Assembly: GCA_951406725.2 (NCBI GenBank)
Contig: OX597830.1
Location: 22,692,001 to 22,756,000 of the forward strand
DNA length: 64,000 bases
Source: Octopus vulgaris
Taxonomy: Eukaryota
Reading direction: 5' to 3'
Position numbers and translations under genes: made by a program. Below, in pieces: positions 25,646 through 38,524 of the stretch (position 1 is the first letter of the stretch; every line of letters begins with the position of its first letter). A model generated the notes under the pieces. The model was given only the letters and a program-made list of their open reading frames with translations. It was not told the origin of the DNA and made no database searches.

Positions 25646-26212
25646 TTGGGTTGTCCGGAAAGTTCGTGCCGATTTTTAAAGGAAAGAAAAAGGTCAATAA
25701 ATTCTTGCCATTACATTTTTAATCAACCAAATATGAACCATTTTGCTGCACAATGCATTTCCATCTTTCCTTTAACTTGAAAATACCCTCTTCCCAGAAT
25801 CGGGGTGGTTTCACGGCAAAGAATTCATCAAGGTATTTTTTTACGTCATCCAAGGAATTGAAATTTTTTACCATTAAGACTATTCTGCAGAGACCTGAAT
25901 AAGTGGAAATCCGAAGGACCAACATCTGGTGAATATGGAGGGTAGAGCAACACATCCCAGCCGAGCTGTAGCAATTTTTGTCTGGTTTCCAAAGCATCAA
26001 GTGCCGAAAATGAACTTTCTTATCTTCCGTTTTAAAGGGTTACAGAATGAACACAGATTATAGGAACATAAACCTTCTTCCACGAAAAGATAGCTCAGAC
26101 TGTGCTCTAAATGGAGGTGTAGTCAAATCCTATTTTATGGACTCAACCATGTTCTAAAATAAGTCGAAAGGTAAGCTACTATAAATCGGCACGAACTTTC
26201 CGGACAACCCAA
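25646..26212 (-). mobile_element. Internally deleted mariner transposon
   Basis: Perfect 30-bp TIRs ttgggttgtccggaaagttcgtgccgattt, TA flanks; EDKKVHFRHLMLW fused to LGWDVLLYPPYSPDVGPSDFHLFRSLQNSL...NGSYLVD*. Confidence 0.95.
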
Positions 26213-26213
26213 T

Positions 26214-26270
<57 letters not shown>

Positions 26271-26271
<1 letters not shown>

Positions 26272-26484
26272 TCTTTTAGTCTTTTACTTGTTTCAGTCAT
26301 TTGACTGCGGTCATGCTGGAGCACCGCTTTAATCGAGCAACTCGACCCCGGGACTTATTCTTTTGTAAGCCTAGTACTTATTCTATCGGTCCCTTTTGCC
26401 GAACCGCTAAGTAACGGGGACATAAACACACCAGCATCGGTTGTCAAGCAATGCTAGGGGGACAAACACAGACACACAAACACA

Positions 26485-26540
<56 letters not shown>

Positions 26541-26699
26541 CATATATACGACGGGCTTCTTTCAGTTTCCGTCTACCAAATCCACTCACAAGGCTTTGGT
26601 CGGCCCGAGGCTAGAGTAGAAGACACCCAAGGTGCCACGCAGTGGGACTGAACCCAGAACCATGTGGTTGGTAAACAAGCTACTTACCACACAGCCACT

Positions 26700-26703
<4 letters not shown>
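26271..26703 (-). mobile_element. SINE family A, full length
   Basis: All modules present with internal (CA)n/(TA)n. Confidence 0.92.
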
Positions 26704-26742
<39 letters not shown>

Positions 26743-27054
26743 TTACACACACACACACTCATGAAGAATAATAGAGTTAGTGGTAACACATATATTCCCG
26801 GGTTTACAGCTGTTTCCAAAACAAATGGGTGATAGATAATTAATTCAACAAGTGTTTAACTGAAGAACAGTGATTATATGTCATCAATTAGAGCACTGAT
26901 CAATACTTAATAAATTTTACTCAATCACTGCTTCCATTCATGTTTAACAATTTGTTAAATGATTTATTACCCATGTGTAGCTGAAACAGCTGTGTCGCCT
27001 GGATCCCCGTTCATTGCAGTAAACACACACACGCTCGCATACGCACACACAAAA

Positions 27055-28330
27055 TACATTCCAGAAGTTTTGAGACTTATTAATTTTATTGAAGCACAAA
27101 CTCTAATCTCCTTCAAAGCCCGTTCCTCTGACTTCGATATACTTGTAGCGCTCCAGCAACTTTGTGAATACTCCGTTGTGATCCTCCAGTGTAAAACTGT
27201 CCAGAACTCTCGTCACAACCTTCTTATTCAGCTCGGGAACGAAACAAGAGTCACGGGAACAAGATCTGGACTGTAGAGAGGACGAAGAACCGTTCTGATA
27301 CTCATCACGAAGGAATTGTAGACTTGTGCATTGCACTGGTGTACGTACTCTGGCGAGCTCTATCTCTGCCCGAGCTCCATCAAAATCTTCACAAAATATT
27401 CTTTGTTGACTGTCTGACCAGAGGGAACGCACTGGATATAACTGAAGCCCTTGATGTTAGAAAAGGAGATCATCATAAGCTTCTTGGTGATCTTGCTTTG
27501 CCTATCTCTTACGCCAGTAAAAAGCAGATGCTCGGCCCATACACGTTAATCCATAACCAGTTCGGAATATTTCATATGTTTCTGTAGCCTTTTTGCCCAG
27601 TTTCTGTAACCCTTTTGCCCAGTTTCTGTAGCCTTTTTGCCCAGTTTCTGTAACCTTTTTGTCCAGTTTCTGTAGCCTTTTGCCCAGTTTCTGTAGCCTT
27701 TTGCCCAGTTTCTGTAGCCTTTTTGCCCAGTTTCTGTAGCCTTTTTGTCCAGTTTCTGTAGCCTTTTGCCCAGTTTCTGTAGCCTTTTTGCCCAGTTTCT
27801 GTAGATTTTTTGCCCAGTTTCTGTAGATTTTTGTCGTTACTGTAGCCTTTTGCCCAGTTTCTGTAGCCTTTTGCCCAGTTTCTGTAGCCTTTTTGCCCAG
27901 TTTCTGTAACCTTTTTGTCCAGTTTCTGTAGCCTTTTGCCCAGTTTCTGTTACCTTTTGCCCAGTTTCTGTAGCCTTTTTGCCCAGTTTCTGTAACCTTT
28001 TTGTCCAGTTTCTGTAGCCTTTTGCCCAGTTTCTGTAGCCTTTTGCCCAGTTTCTGTAACCTTTTTGTCCAGTTTCTGTAGCATTTTGCCCAGTTTCTGT
28101 AGCCTTTTTGCCCAGTTTCTGTAACCTTTTTGTCCAGTTTCTGTAGCCTTTTGCCCAGTTTCTGTAGCCTTTTGCCCAGTTTCTGTAGCTTTTTTGTCCA
28201 GTTTAACAGAACATTTTATGGAGTAGCGAGCTTCCAAATTATCTTCACGTCCCGACAGCATTCTGCAAACTAGTCAGCTGTAACAAGCAGTGCTTAATGG
28301 AGTGTGTTCAAAACGCTGTTAAGTCTTGAA
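27055..28330 (-). mobile_element. Decayed mariner element containing an internal minisatellite
   Basis: N-terminus REDNLEARYSIKCSVKLDKKATET, continuing YEIFRTGYG..RASAFYW after the array; C-terminus VTRVLDSFTLED...FEGD*. Confidence 0.8.
27578..28203. repeat. Minisatellite, 21-22 bp unit (gtttctgtagcc(t)ttttgccca), roughly 29 copies
   Basis: Direct reading; copy number estimated from length. Confidence 0.97.
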
Positions 28331-28660
28331 TAGCAAAAGTTAGCAGGTCAGCTTATTAGATGTATAGTAGTGATATACTAAAATCACAGAAATCCAGGAC
28401 AGTTATAACTAGGACGGAATTTGAACTCAGAATATAAAGATCGACGAAATGCCGCTAAGCATCTCGCCCGGCCTGCTTAACGATTCTGCCAGCTCGCCAC
28501 TTTCGAATTTGTTAGTATTACAAAGCAAAAAGTATGAAGAACGAGAGAGAAAGAAAGAAATATAACTAAACCAAACCAATACTTACACCCACTCCAAGCT
28601 GTCTTAAGACACAATATTATTAAAGAATTATTATTATTATTATTATTATCATTATTATTA

Positions 28661-28704
<44 letters not shown>

Positions 28705-28892
28705 ACCAAAAGAGTGAAGACGGAAGGTGGAAAGGTTGACGAATTTACGTCAGAATGGCTTCTCTGTATTGTCGTCATATATTCCTGGTCTGGTGTTTTT
28801 TTTTCATTGCTGTTGTTGTTGTTGTTCTTGCCTTTGTAAGTTTGTTTTTCTTTACGTTAAGAAATCCTTGCAGTTATTGCTGGTGCTGATGC

Positions 28893-28929
28893 TGTTGTTG
28901 TTGTTGCTGTAGCTGTTGTTGTTGTTGTT

Positions 28930-28983
<54 letters not shown>

Positions 28984-29069
28984 CTTGTTCTTCTTCTTCT
29001 TCTTCTTCTTCTTCTTCTTCTTCTTCTTCTTCTTCTTCTTCTTCTTCTTCTTCTTCTTCTTCTTCTTCT
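28893..29069. repeat. Compound (TTG)n(TTC)n microsatellite
   Basis: Direct reading. Confidence 0.97.
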
Positions 29070-29081
29070 ATATTAGTGTTT

Positions 29082-29305
29082 TGCTGGCAGAAACGTTAGC
29101 ACGCCGGGCGAAATGCGTAGCTGTATTTCGTCTGTCGTCACGTTCCGAGTTCAAATTCCGCCGAGGTCGACTTTGCCTTTCATCCTTTCGGGGTCGATAA
29201 ATTAAGTACCAGTTACACACTGGGGTCGATATAATCGACTTAATCCGTTCGTCTGTCCTTGTTTGTCCCGTCTGTGTTTAGCCCCTTGTGGGTAGTAAAG
29301 AAATA
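29082..29305 (+). mobile_element. SINE family B (tRNA-like head, central gcctttcatcctttcggggtcgataaattaagtaccag domain)
   Basis: B box gagttcaaattc; near-identical copies at 31587-31815, 32355-32585 (+), 43381-43603 and 45828-46060 (-). Confidence 0.9.
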
Positions 29306-30279
29306 TATATTAGTGTTTTGTTGTCGTTGATGTTCATTATCGTCATATCACCATCATTATCATCATCATCATCACTACCGATATTATCATCATCATCATC
29401 ATCATCATCGCCACCACCATCACCACCACCACCACCGCCGCCGCCGCCGCCACCGTCGTCGTCATCACCATCTTCTTCTTCTTCTTCTTCTTCTTCTTCT
29501 TCTTCTTCTTCTTCTCCTCCTCCCCCCTCCTCTTCCTCCATCTTCTGCTACTCTACATTCTTTTCTTTCCTCTCCTTCCTTCTTCTTTTCTTTATTATAT
29601 CATGGTTGTTATATATTTGTCGTTGTTAGTGATGCCGTTGTCGTTGTCGTCGTCGTCGTCGTCATCGTCGTGGTTGATGGTCGTTGACTATGGTCTCCTT
29701 GACTTCACTGGATTCGTTCTCGACGAACACTGAGTTAATTATTCGAAGGAAGTTGGAAGAAGAAGAAAAGGAAAAAGAAAAAGAAGAAGAAAAAAATGAA
29801 AAAAAGAAAAAGAAAAGAAAGAGACGTAACTGGGTCTCTCGTATTGCGTAGCTTAACCAACCGACCGACCGACAAGCCAGCCAGCTAACCAACCAGCCAA
29901 GCCAGCCAGCCAGCCAGCCAGTTAGTGTCGGCTTGAATGGGGTTCCTTGAGTTTCATCCGGTACCGCAGTCTCAAGTGGAAGGCGTGGCTTGTTCATTCG
30001 TTTTGAGACTTCTTGCCAGCCAGCCAGCCAGCAAGACCAGGCAGATTAGAGCGTCAGTCGTTGGTTATGGTTGAAGACAATAGAACGACCCTTTATCTGA
30101 ATGCTTAAATACTTTTGTAAATACTATTCCAGTTGTTCATTCATTATTTTTATTTTGCTGATTTCCATTATATCACTGCAGCCTTGCTGTAGCACCGCTT
30201 TCAACGAGTTTCTGTTTTGTTGAAGTTGCGTATTTTTTGTTTGGTTTTTAGACGATCATACCGACTCCTGTATCTTTTG

Positions 30280-30860
30280 GTTTCAAATTTTGGTACAAGG
30301 CCAGGAATTTTGGAGGAGGGTTTAAGTCGATTACATCGACCCCGGTGCTCAACTGGAACTTATTTTAAAAGATGAAAGGCAAAGCCCAGCTTGGCCGGAT
30401 TTGAACTCAGAAAGTAAAAATAGAAGAAATGTCGCTAAGAATTTTTGCCCGGCGCGTTAAGGATCCTGCCAGCTCACCGCCTTACTCTTTTACTCTTTTA
30501 CTTGTTTCAGTCATTTGATTGCGGCCATGCTGGAGCACCGCCTTTAGTCGAGCAAATCGACCCCAGGACTTATTCTTTGTAAGCCTAGTACTTATTCTAT
30601 CGATGTCTTTTGTCGAACAGCTAAGTTACGGGGACATAAACACACCAGCATCTGTTGTCAAGCAATGTTGGGGGGACAAACACAAACACACACACACACA
30701 TGCATATATACGACGGGTTTCAAATCCACTCACAAAGCTTTGGTCGGCCCGAGGCTATAGTAGAAGACACTTGCCCAAGGTGCCACGCAGTGGGACTGAA
30801 CCCAGAACCATGTGGTTCGTAAGCAAGGTACTTACCACACAGCCACTACTACGCCTCCTA
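30280..30860 (-). mobile_element. Adjacent family B (30280-30483) and family A (30484-30860) SINEs
   Basis: Both consensus modules recognisable. Confidence 0.85.
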
Positions 30861-31129
30861 TATAATAATAATAATAATAATAATATGAGTGTTTGCATAA
30901 TAAATCTAATTTAAAATAACTTCTTTATGCAATCGCAAAATTACAGTGAGCTATTAAGATTGAGACTTAAAGAATGACATCTGTCATTACAGTAATACGA
31001 AACGTCACATTGGTAGTTCCCCTGCTGCGGTGTTTTACCACCAAACGAAAAGTGCCGTCTTCAAGATCAAGGCTTTTGGCTCGTCTTCTACTCATGGCAA
31101 TTATACCAGCATTGGACATAAAAAGAAGC

Positions 31130-31325
31130 ACTTAGTCGGTTACGAAGACGAGTGTTCCAGTTAATTCGGTCAACGGAACAGCTTGCTCATGGAATTAAAG
31201 TGCAATTGGATGATCACTCAACAGACAAGTCTACCCTTAACGTAGTTCACAGGGAGATTCAAATTGACACAGAGTGTGACACAGAGTGTGACACAGAGTG
31301 TGACACAGAGTGTGGCAAGGCTGGC
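31130..31325 (-). mobile_element. SINE family C 3' part with a 12-bp unit (gacacagagtgt) amplified four times
   Basis: Tandem at about 31266-31313; a single unit in other copies. Confidence 0.75.
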
Positions 31326-31586
31326 TTTCTGGATTCAGGTACTACTGCTTTTGGCTCGTTTTTTTACTTTTGGCAATTATACCAAAATTGTCCGGACTGT
31401 TGTCTATCATAATTTAATTTAATTTTTATTGGCTCGAAAAGCAAAAGCAAGGCCATGTAGGGGGACAGGGAGTTATGTACAAGGAGGATGGTCATACAAA
31501 GAGTTCAGGCCATTTCCGGTCAAGAGAGACTTTGAACCGAGCGGTCGTCGGCATCCTCACTATCTCGCCCGGCAGCTTATTCCACG

Positions 31587-31815
31587 GAGAGCTGGCAGAA
31601 ACGTTAGCACGCCGGGCGAAATGCGAAGCCGTATTTCGTCTGCCGTTACGTTCCGAGTTCAAATTCCGCCGAGGTCGATTTTTCCTTTCATCCTTTCGGG
31701 GTCGATAAATTAAGTACCAGTTACGCACTGGGGTCGATGTAATCGACTTAATCCCTTTGTCTATCCTTGTTTGTCCCCTCTGTGTTTAGCCCCTTGTGGG
31801 TAGTAAAGAAATATA
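31587..31815 (+). mobile_element. SINE family B
   Basis: Matches the 29082 copy; tattccacgga occurs both before and after (probable TSD). Confidence 0.9.
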
Positions 31816-31879
31816 TTCCACGGATCCGCAACCCGGACGGAGAAAGCCCCTCTAAAACTAGATTGTCTGCCATAAAAAA

Positions 31880-32180
31880 GTGGCACTTAGTCGGTTACGA
31901 CGACGAGGGTTCCAATTGATCAAATCAACGGAAATTGATGGATGAGTACTCCACGGACGCGTGTACCCATAACGTAGTTCTGAGAGAGATTCAGTATCAC
32001 AGAGTGTGACAAGGTTGGCCCTTAGAAATACAAAAACGACTAATTTTTGCCAGCTGAATGAACTGGAGCAACGGGAAATAAAGTGTTTTGTCTTGCTCAA
32101 TGACACAACGCGTCGCCAGGTATTGAATTCTTGATATGGCGAATGTGAGCCGACTACCTCAACCACTTAGCCACACATCT
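31880..32180 (-). mobile_element. SINE family C
   Basis: Reverse of the 19930 copy. Confidence 0.75.
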
Positions 32181-32354
32181 TCATTGTTGTCTACCATAGA
32201 ATTCTAGAAAAAAATCTTGATCAAATCTGCAGATCGAAAAAAAACTGTGGAGAGAAGCCTCCTCGTTTGTTTATTAGGTACAAATTATAAGAGGTAAAGA
32301 TAGTGGTGGTGGTGGTGGTGGTGGTGGCGGTGGTGGTGGTAGTGGTGGTGGTAG

Positions 32355-32585
32355 GTGGCGAGCTGGCAGAAACGTTAGCACGCCGGGCGAAATGCTTAGC
32401 AGTATTTCGTCTGCGTTACGTTGTGAGTTCAAATTCCGCCGAGGTCGACTTTGCCTTTCATCCTTTCGGGGTCGATAAATTAAGTACCAGTTACGCGCTG
32501 GCGTCGATGTAATCGACTTAATACCTATGTCTGTCCTTGTTTGTCCCCTCTGTGTTTAGCCCCTTGTGGGTAATAAAGAAATAGG
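32355..32585 (+). mobile_element. SINE family B
   Basis: Full head to tail. Confidence 0.9.
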
Positions 32586-32589
32586 TAGT

Positions 32590-32647
<58 letters not shown>

Positions 32648-32819
32648 TGTGCGTGTGTGTGTGTTTACGTGTGTGTGTATGTTTCTGTGTATGTAGAAAG
32701 CAAAAATAAAATAATCGCTGAAATTAAGAGACAAGTAATTAGATGTTTTTTGCACCCCCATCTCGTCTCGTCTCCTCTCTCTCTCCCTTTCACTTTCTCT
32801 GTTTGTTACCATTATCAAG

Positions 32820-33085
32820 ATCTCTAAGACGCTGCTACCCTGCAGTGGTTCTACAGAAACTCCCTAACATCATCAAGTGTGGCCTAAACACAGAAACAGT
32901 TCGCCAGATCAGTAGGTAATTAGCGCGTGCAGAAAACTCAACATCGTCAAGCTGAACACAGTTAACCCATGCCAATATGGCGACTACCTCCTGCAACTTT
33001 TCTGCGGGACAGACGAGCCTTTCACATTCTCGTTCGTCTCCTGAAACTGTGTTTTACGCCCCCCGAGATGATCTTTTTGGGGGTT
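32820..33085 (+). other. Possible host exon containing a start codon (unverified)
   Basis: Unique, higher-complexity sequence after a pyrimidine tract and AG; gccaatATGg at 32977; gtatgt at 33086; no recognised homology. Confidence 0.25.
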
Positions 33086-33416
33086 GTATGTCTTTACTAA
33101 GAAAATTTATCAGCTTTGCTCTCCCCTACTCAAAAGAAAGACACAAAGACATACAACGATAAAAATATATAGGTGTATCATTTTATCAGATAATACGATT
33201 TTCAGTGACATACACAGGATAATATTAGTATTAGCGGGGCAGCTCTTTCTCTCTCTCTCTCTCTCTTTCCCTCTCTCCCTCCCCTCTCTCTCCTTCTTTC
33301 TCTTATATATATAATACATAATATATTACATTTACACGCACTTACACACACATACATCTATATCTATATCTATGTACGTACATCTCTATCCCCCTCTCAC
33401 TATCTGTATATACGTA

Positions 33417-33457
<41 letters not shown>

Positions 33458-33499
33458 ATACACATACATACACTATATATATATATATAAACATACACA

Positions 33500-33583
<84 letters not shown>

Positions 33584-33592
33584 CATACACAT

Positions 33593-33623
<31 letters not shown>

Positions 33624-33705
33624 CATACATACACATACATATATATATGTGTGCACGTACATCTCTAATCCCCTCTCTCTATTTGCATATACGTATATAT
33701 GTATG

Positions 33706-33791
<86 letters not shown>

Positions 33792-34184
33792 GACAAGCGC
33801 ATATATATACCCGCATATGCATACGTACATAAATACATACAAACATGCATACACCCCCTCCACACACATATAAATGATATAATATGCATATACACACACA
33901 CACAAACACACACTCATTCGTTTATACTTTATACTCACATAAACATTTCCTACGAAATTAGACAAACTAAAACGATGTCATTTTAGTTTTTCAGTATCAG
34001 AATAAAATAATCAGTCGTTTGTGACATAAGCGTATAATATAAATAGAAAGATAAAAGAGGGTGGTGGGGAAATGGGAGGAGGAGTAGGGAGAGAAGAAGT
34101 AGTAGTAGTGGTAGTAGTAAGAGTAGATGAAGAAGCAGTAGGAGTGATACAGAAATAGAAGACGACGACGACGATGTAACAGCT

Positions 34185-34240
<56 letters not shown>

Positions 34241-34430
34241 GGTGGTGGTGGTGGTGGTAGTAGTAATAATAGTAGTAGTAGTATTAGTAGTAGTAGTAGT
34301 AGTAGTAGAAGAAGAAGAAGAAGAAGAAGAAGAAGAAGAAGAAGAAGAAGAAGAAGAAGAAGAAGAAGAAGAAGAAGAAGAAGAAGAAGAAGAAAATGAT
34401 GATGATGATGAAGATGATGAAGAAGAAGGT
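34185..34430. repeat. Compound (GTA)n(GTG)n(GAA)n(GAT)n microsatellite
   Basis: Direct reading. Confidence 0.95.
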
Positions 34431-34642
34431 TTGGGTGATGGAGAAAAAGAAAAGAAAAGTATAGTCTTAAAAGGGGTCTTGAAGAGAATGTGAAGTGGTA
34501 TAATAAAGAAAGAGGAAAAGAAGGGAAGTCACGAAAGAAAATGAACGAACGACAGTGACTTCGAAAGCAAAGTAGAACAAACTGAAGAAAAGAAGCGGAA
34601 ACAGCAACAACAAAAATAATACAACAAAAACATCAGCAGTAG

Positions 34643-34705
<63 letters not shown>

Positions 34706-35115
34706 CGTAGGAGTGGCTACTATTGCCTTGGGCCGACCAAAGCCTTGTGAGTAGATTTGGTGGACGGAAACTGAAAGAAGCCCGTCGTATATATATATAT
34801 AATTTTGTTAGACAATATATTATTTAATAATTAGGTGGTATATTTATTAAGTAGTATTAAATTTAAGATAATTAGATATTATATTAATTGATATTTAGTC
34901 AACTATATTATTGAGTGACATATTGAATATATAGATACTACACATATATATTAATTATATAGTTAGCTTATTTAATGAGTTTGTCTATATTTGAACCATT
35001 TCTTATTTTGATTACAATATTAATGGCTTGTACTAGCATTGTGTATATTAATTAATTTTAAAGTATTGTATAATTTAAGTATTGTTTTTAGTTTTCACTT
35101 AATGTATATTTAGTA

Positions 35116-35183
<68 letters not shown>

Positions 35184-35255
35184 GAATATATTTATTTTTT
35201 AAAGATTTTTTACGTATATATATTAATTAATTATTCTATTATTGTAGTTTATTTT

Positions 35256-35336
35256 TAACCTGATGAGTGGCTATATTTATATCGAAGTGATTTTAATAAT
35301 CATTTCTTAAATATAGCCACGAAACACGTGTCGTTA
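35256..35336 (+). ncRNA. Minimal type I hammerhead ribozyme, intact core (PLE type)
   Basis: UAAC CUGAUGA GUGGCUAUAUUUA...UAAAUAUAGCCAC GAAA CACGUG UC|GUUA; 13-bp stem II, palindromic stem III, 4-bp stem I. Confidence 0.85.
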
Positions 35337-35490
35337 TTCTACCAAATATATAAGTTTTTATTATTATTTTGTAATTTACTTAATCATCGGTATATTATTA
35401 TTATTTTTATTCTTGATATTTCTATTATATGTAATTTTCTAGATGGTGTAATTTAATTGTTCATTTTGAATTGATAAAAAGTGATTTTTC

Positions 35491-35545
<55 letters not shown>

Positions 35546-35615
35546 ATTTTGTAAAATTTGATTTAATATTTCTAAATTGAATTTTTCCCTGTAAGTTAGG
35601 AATTATATTCCCTCA

Positions 35616-35654
<39 letters not shown>

Positions 35655-36332
35655 AATAAAACATATGCATACATACATACATATAACGGGAAGCTTTATG
35701 AAAATAAACAAAAGACGAAGGCAGGTGGAAAACAAACAAACAATTGTATTAGTATGGCGCTCAGGAATATAAATAAAACAAGTCTTTTACGTTTCGATGT
35801 ACATACCTACATCTATATGTATATATACATGCATATATGAGTACAGGACACCACAAATAAACGTAGAAAACAACGAGAAACGAAAACATAAAACCAAACA
35901 AGGAAACGGACTTTTTTCAACAACGAAAAAACAGAGTACAAGACAAACAGCACAAGGAACATTCCCCTTCTTCAGCTGCCCCTGTTTCGACTCAATGCGT
36001 GTTTCGAAGGTAAGGGCAGACACGACCACGCCGAAGCAGTCCTTCCCGCAAAATCACTTAAATAAATTTTTTTTGCGGAGGGGTAAAAAAAGTGACAAGA
36101 ACAGGACGTAAAAGCAATACAAATGATGAAAAAAAAAAAAACAGTACAAATAAAGATAAAAACAGTAAAAGACAGGACAAGGAAACCAACATATATATAT
36201 GTTCAATTAATAGGAAAGATCCAGGGGAATAATTACAAGATAGCCAGATGTCGCATAAGAGTCCTAGGAATCAGTGATCACACTTGGGTGAGAGTTAATT
36301 CCGGGGAGAAGTGAGACGTATTTAGGAGAATG

Positions 36333-36644
36333 TAGGAAAAATTGAAAATGGAGACAAACGCTCAAGTTTTTATTAAATCATTTATATCTTCATAGCAACG
36401 ACATGTTTCGATGGATGCATTGAAAATAAATCCGACAGGATGAGTAATGTGGATATAAACAGCAGTGCTCTAATTGATGATCACTGTTGTTTATATATCC
36501 TTCCTGATGAGATGGAGACATTGCTTCACATTATTCATCCTGTCAGATTTATGTTGAATGCATCCATTGAAACATATGTCGATGGTATTGAAGATATAAA
36601 TGATTTAATAACATCTTGAGCGTTTGTCTCCATTTTCGCTTTTT

Positions 36645-36648
<4 letters not shown>
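36333..36648. mobile_element. Foldback PLE-end-like element (arms about 36333-36451 and 36527-36648)
   Basis: Imperfect inverted arms of about 120 bp next to (TA)n; contains a hammerhead motif. Confidence 0.8.
36499..36585 (+). ncRNA. Minimal type I hammerhead ribozyme, near intact
   Basis: CCUUC CUGAUGA GAUGGA...UCCAUU GAAA CAUAUG UC|GAUGG; one U-U mismatch in stem I. Confidence 0.75.
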
Positions 36649-36720
<72 letters not shown>

Positions 36721-36809
36721 CCTTTTAAAACAAGCCTTCTGTAGTTTTTTCACTTTTTACTATTTTCTATATATTCAACCACGTGCTTTCACACACCAAC
36801 TTTCTCACC

Positions 36810-36885
<76 letters not shown>

Positions 36886-36889
36886 CATA

Positions 36890-37288
36890 CTGTGGCCATG
36901 GTGGAGCACCGCCTTCAGTTGAGCTAATCGACCCCAGGACTTATTCATTGTAAACCTAGTACTTATTATATCGGTCTCTTTTGCAGAACCGCTAAGTTAC
37001 GGGGACGGAAACACACCAGCATCGGTTGTCAAGCGATGTTGGGAGGACAAACACAGACATACAAACACACACACACATACACACATACACGCGCGCGCAC
37101 ACACACATATACATATACATATATACGACGGGCTTCTTTCAGTTTCCGTCTACCAAACCCACTCATAGGGCTTTGGTCGGCCCGAGGCTATAGTAGAAGA
37201 CACTTGCCCAAGGTGCCACGAGTGGGACTGAACCCGGAACCATGTGGTTGGTAAGCAAGCTACTTACCACACAGCCACTCCTACGCTT
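36890..37288 (-). mobile_element. SINE family A
   Basis: Near full length. Confidence 0.9.
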
Positions 37289-37766
37289 ATATTTTTATTT
37301 ATTTTAAATTTTTATCTAGTTTCAGCTCACGAGCTGTGGCCATGCTGGGGCACCGCCATTTAAAAACATTCAGGAATTAAATTCCGAGCCGTTTAACTTC
37401 ATTTGGACTTGTCGCTGGTCACACACCAATGACGCCAATCTGAGACTGGCATATCGACGAACAAAATTGAACAATGTTTTTCTCTCAAATGCATAATTTG
37501 ACAAAGGCTTGGCTGCTATCTTTAGCAGTCATCTGACGGAAAATTGACTGCTATTTCTAGCATACCGAGTGACCACGTCGAGCTTTCATTTTTAAATATT
37601 CTTACTTTGCTGCGTGTTGTACTGTGTGTCTTAACAGTAGACTGGTGGGAACATTTAATTTCATAAATTAAGATAACATCTTTAACCAGAAAATCCTATC
37701 TCCCAGTTCACATTGAAATACATAAATTCAATTCTGGGTCTATTGTCTATTGTTGAGTTGTCTCTG

Positions 37767-37853
<87 letters not shown>

Positions 37854-38224
37854 TGTGCATATATACAGTATACGCATGCACACAATTCAAATACACACAC
37901 ACACGCGCACGCATACACACACGTACACATACATACACACACCACACACAAACGCATAAGTAGAAATAATACACGAATTTGTACAAATAACCCAACAGAA
38001 TTTTCTTATATGTAAATATAGTGAAAGCAAATCTGGGCGAGCGTGTATGTGTGTGCATACACACACACGTACACACAACACACAAACACTCATATCTTTT
38101 ACTTGATTCGATCATTAGACTGTTTGTCCACCACCACCACCACCACCACCACCACCACCACCACCAGTCAACCGGTGGTGGTGGTGATGGGAGGGGGTTT
38201 GGTGCAAACACACACACACACGGT

Positions 38225-38383
38225 GTGCTTCCTTCAGTTTTCGTCTACCAGATCCACTCACGAAGCTTTGGTCGGCCCGTGGCTATAGTAGAAGACACTT
38301 GCCCTAGGTGCCACGCAGTGGGACTGAACCCGGAACCATGTAGTTGGGAAGCTAGCTTCTTGTCACACAGTCACGCCTATGCC
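38225..38383 (-). mobile_element. SINE family A 5' half
   Basis: Head and CORE-like segment. Confidence 0.85.
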
Positions 38384-38427
38384 TCGTGTGTGTGTGTGTA
38401 TATATATATATATCGCTCAGAGACCTG

Positions 38428-38520
<93 letters not shown>

Positions 38521-38524
<4 letters not shown>

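Noticed and set aside
27578-28203. Regular short repeats resembling a CRISPR array
   Set aside because: Units are contiguous with no unique spacers, there are no cas genes, and the unit derives from mariner coding sequence.
29082-29170. tRNA genes at SINE heads (also 19930, 44140, 48586)
   Set aside because: A/B boxes are present but there is no complete cloverleaf, and each continues into a SINE body.
29830-30060. Unique segment flanked by (GCCA)n, possible promoter or UTR
   Set aside because: No diagnostic motif could be supported from sequence alone.
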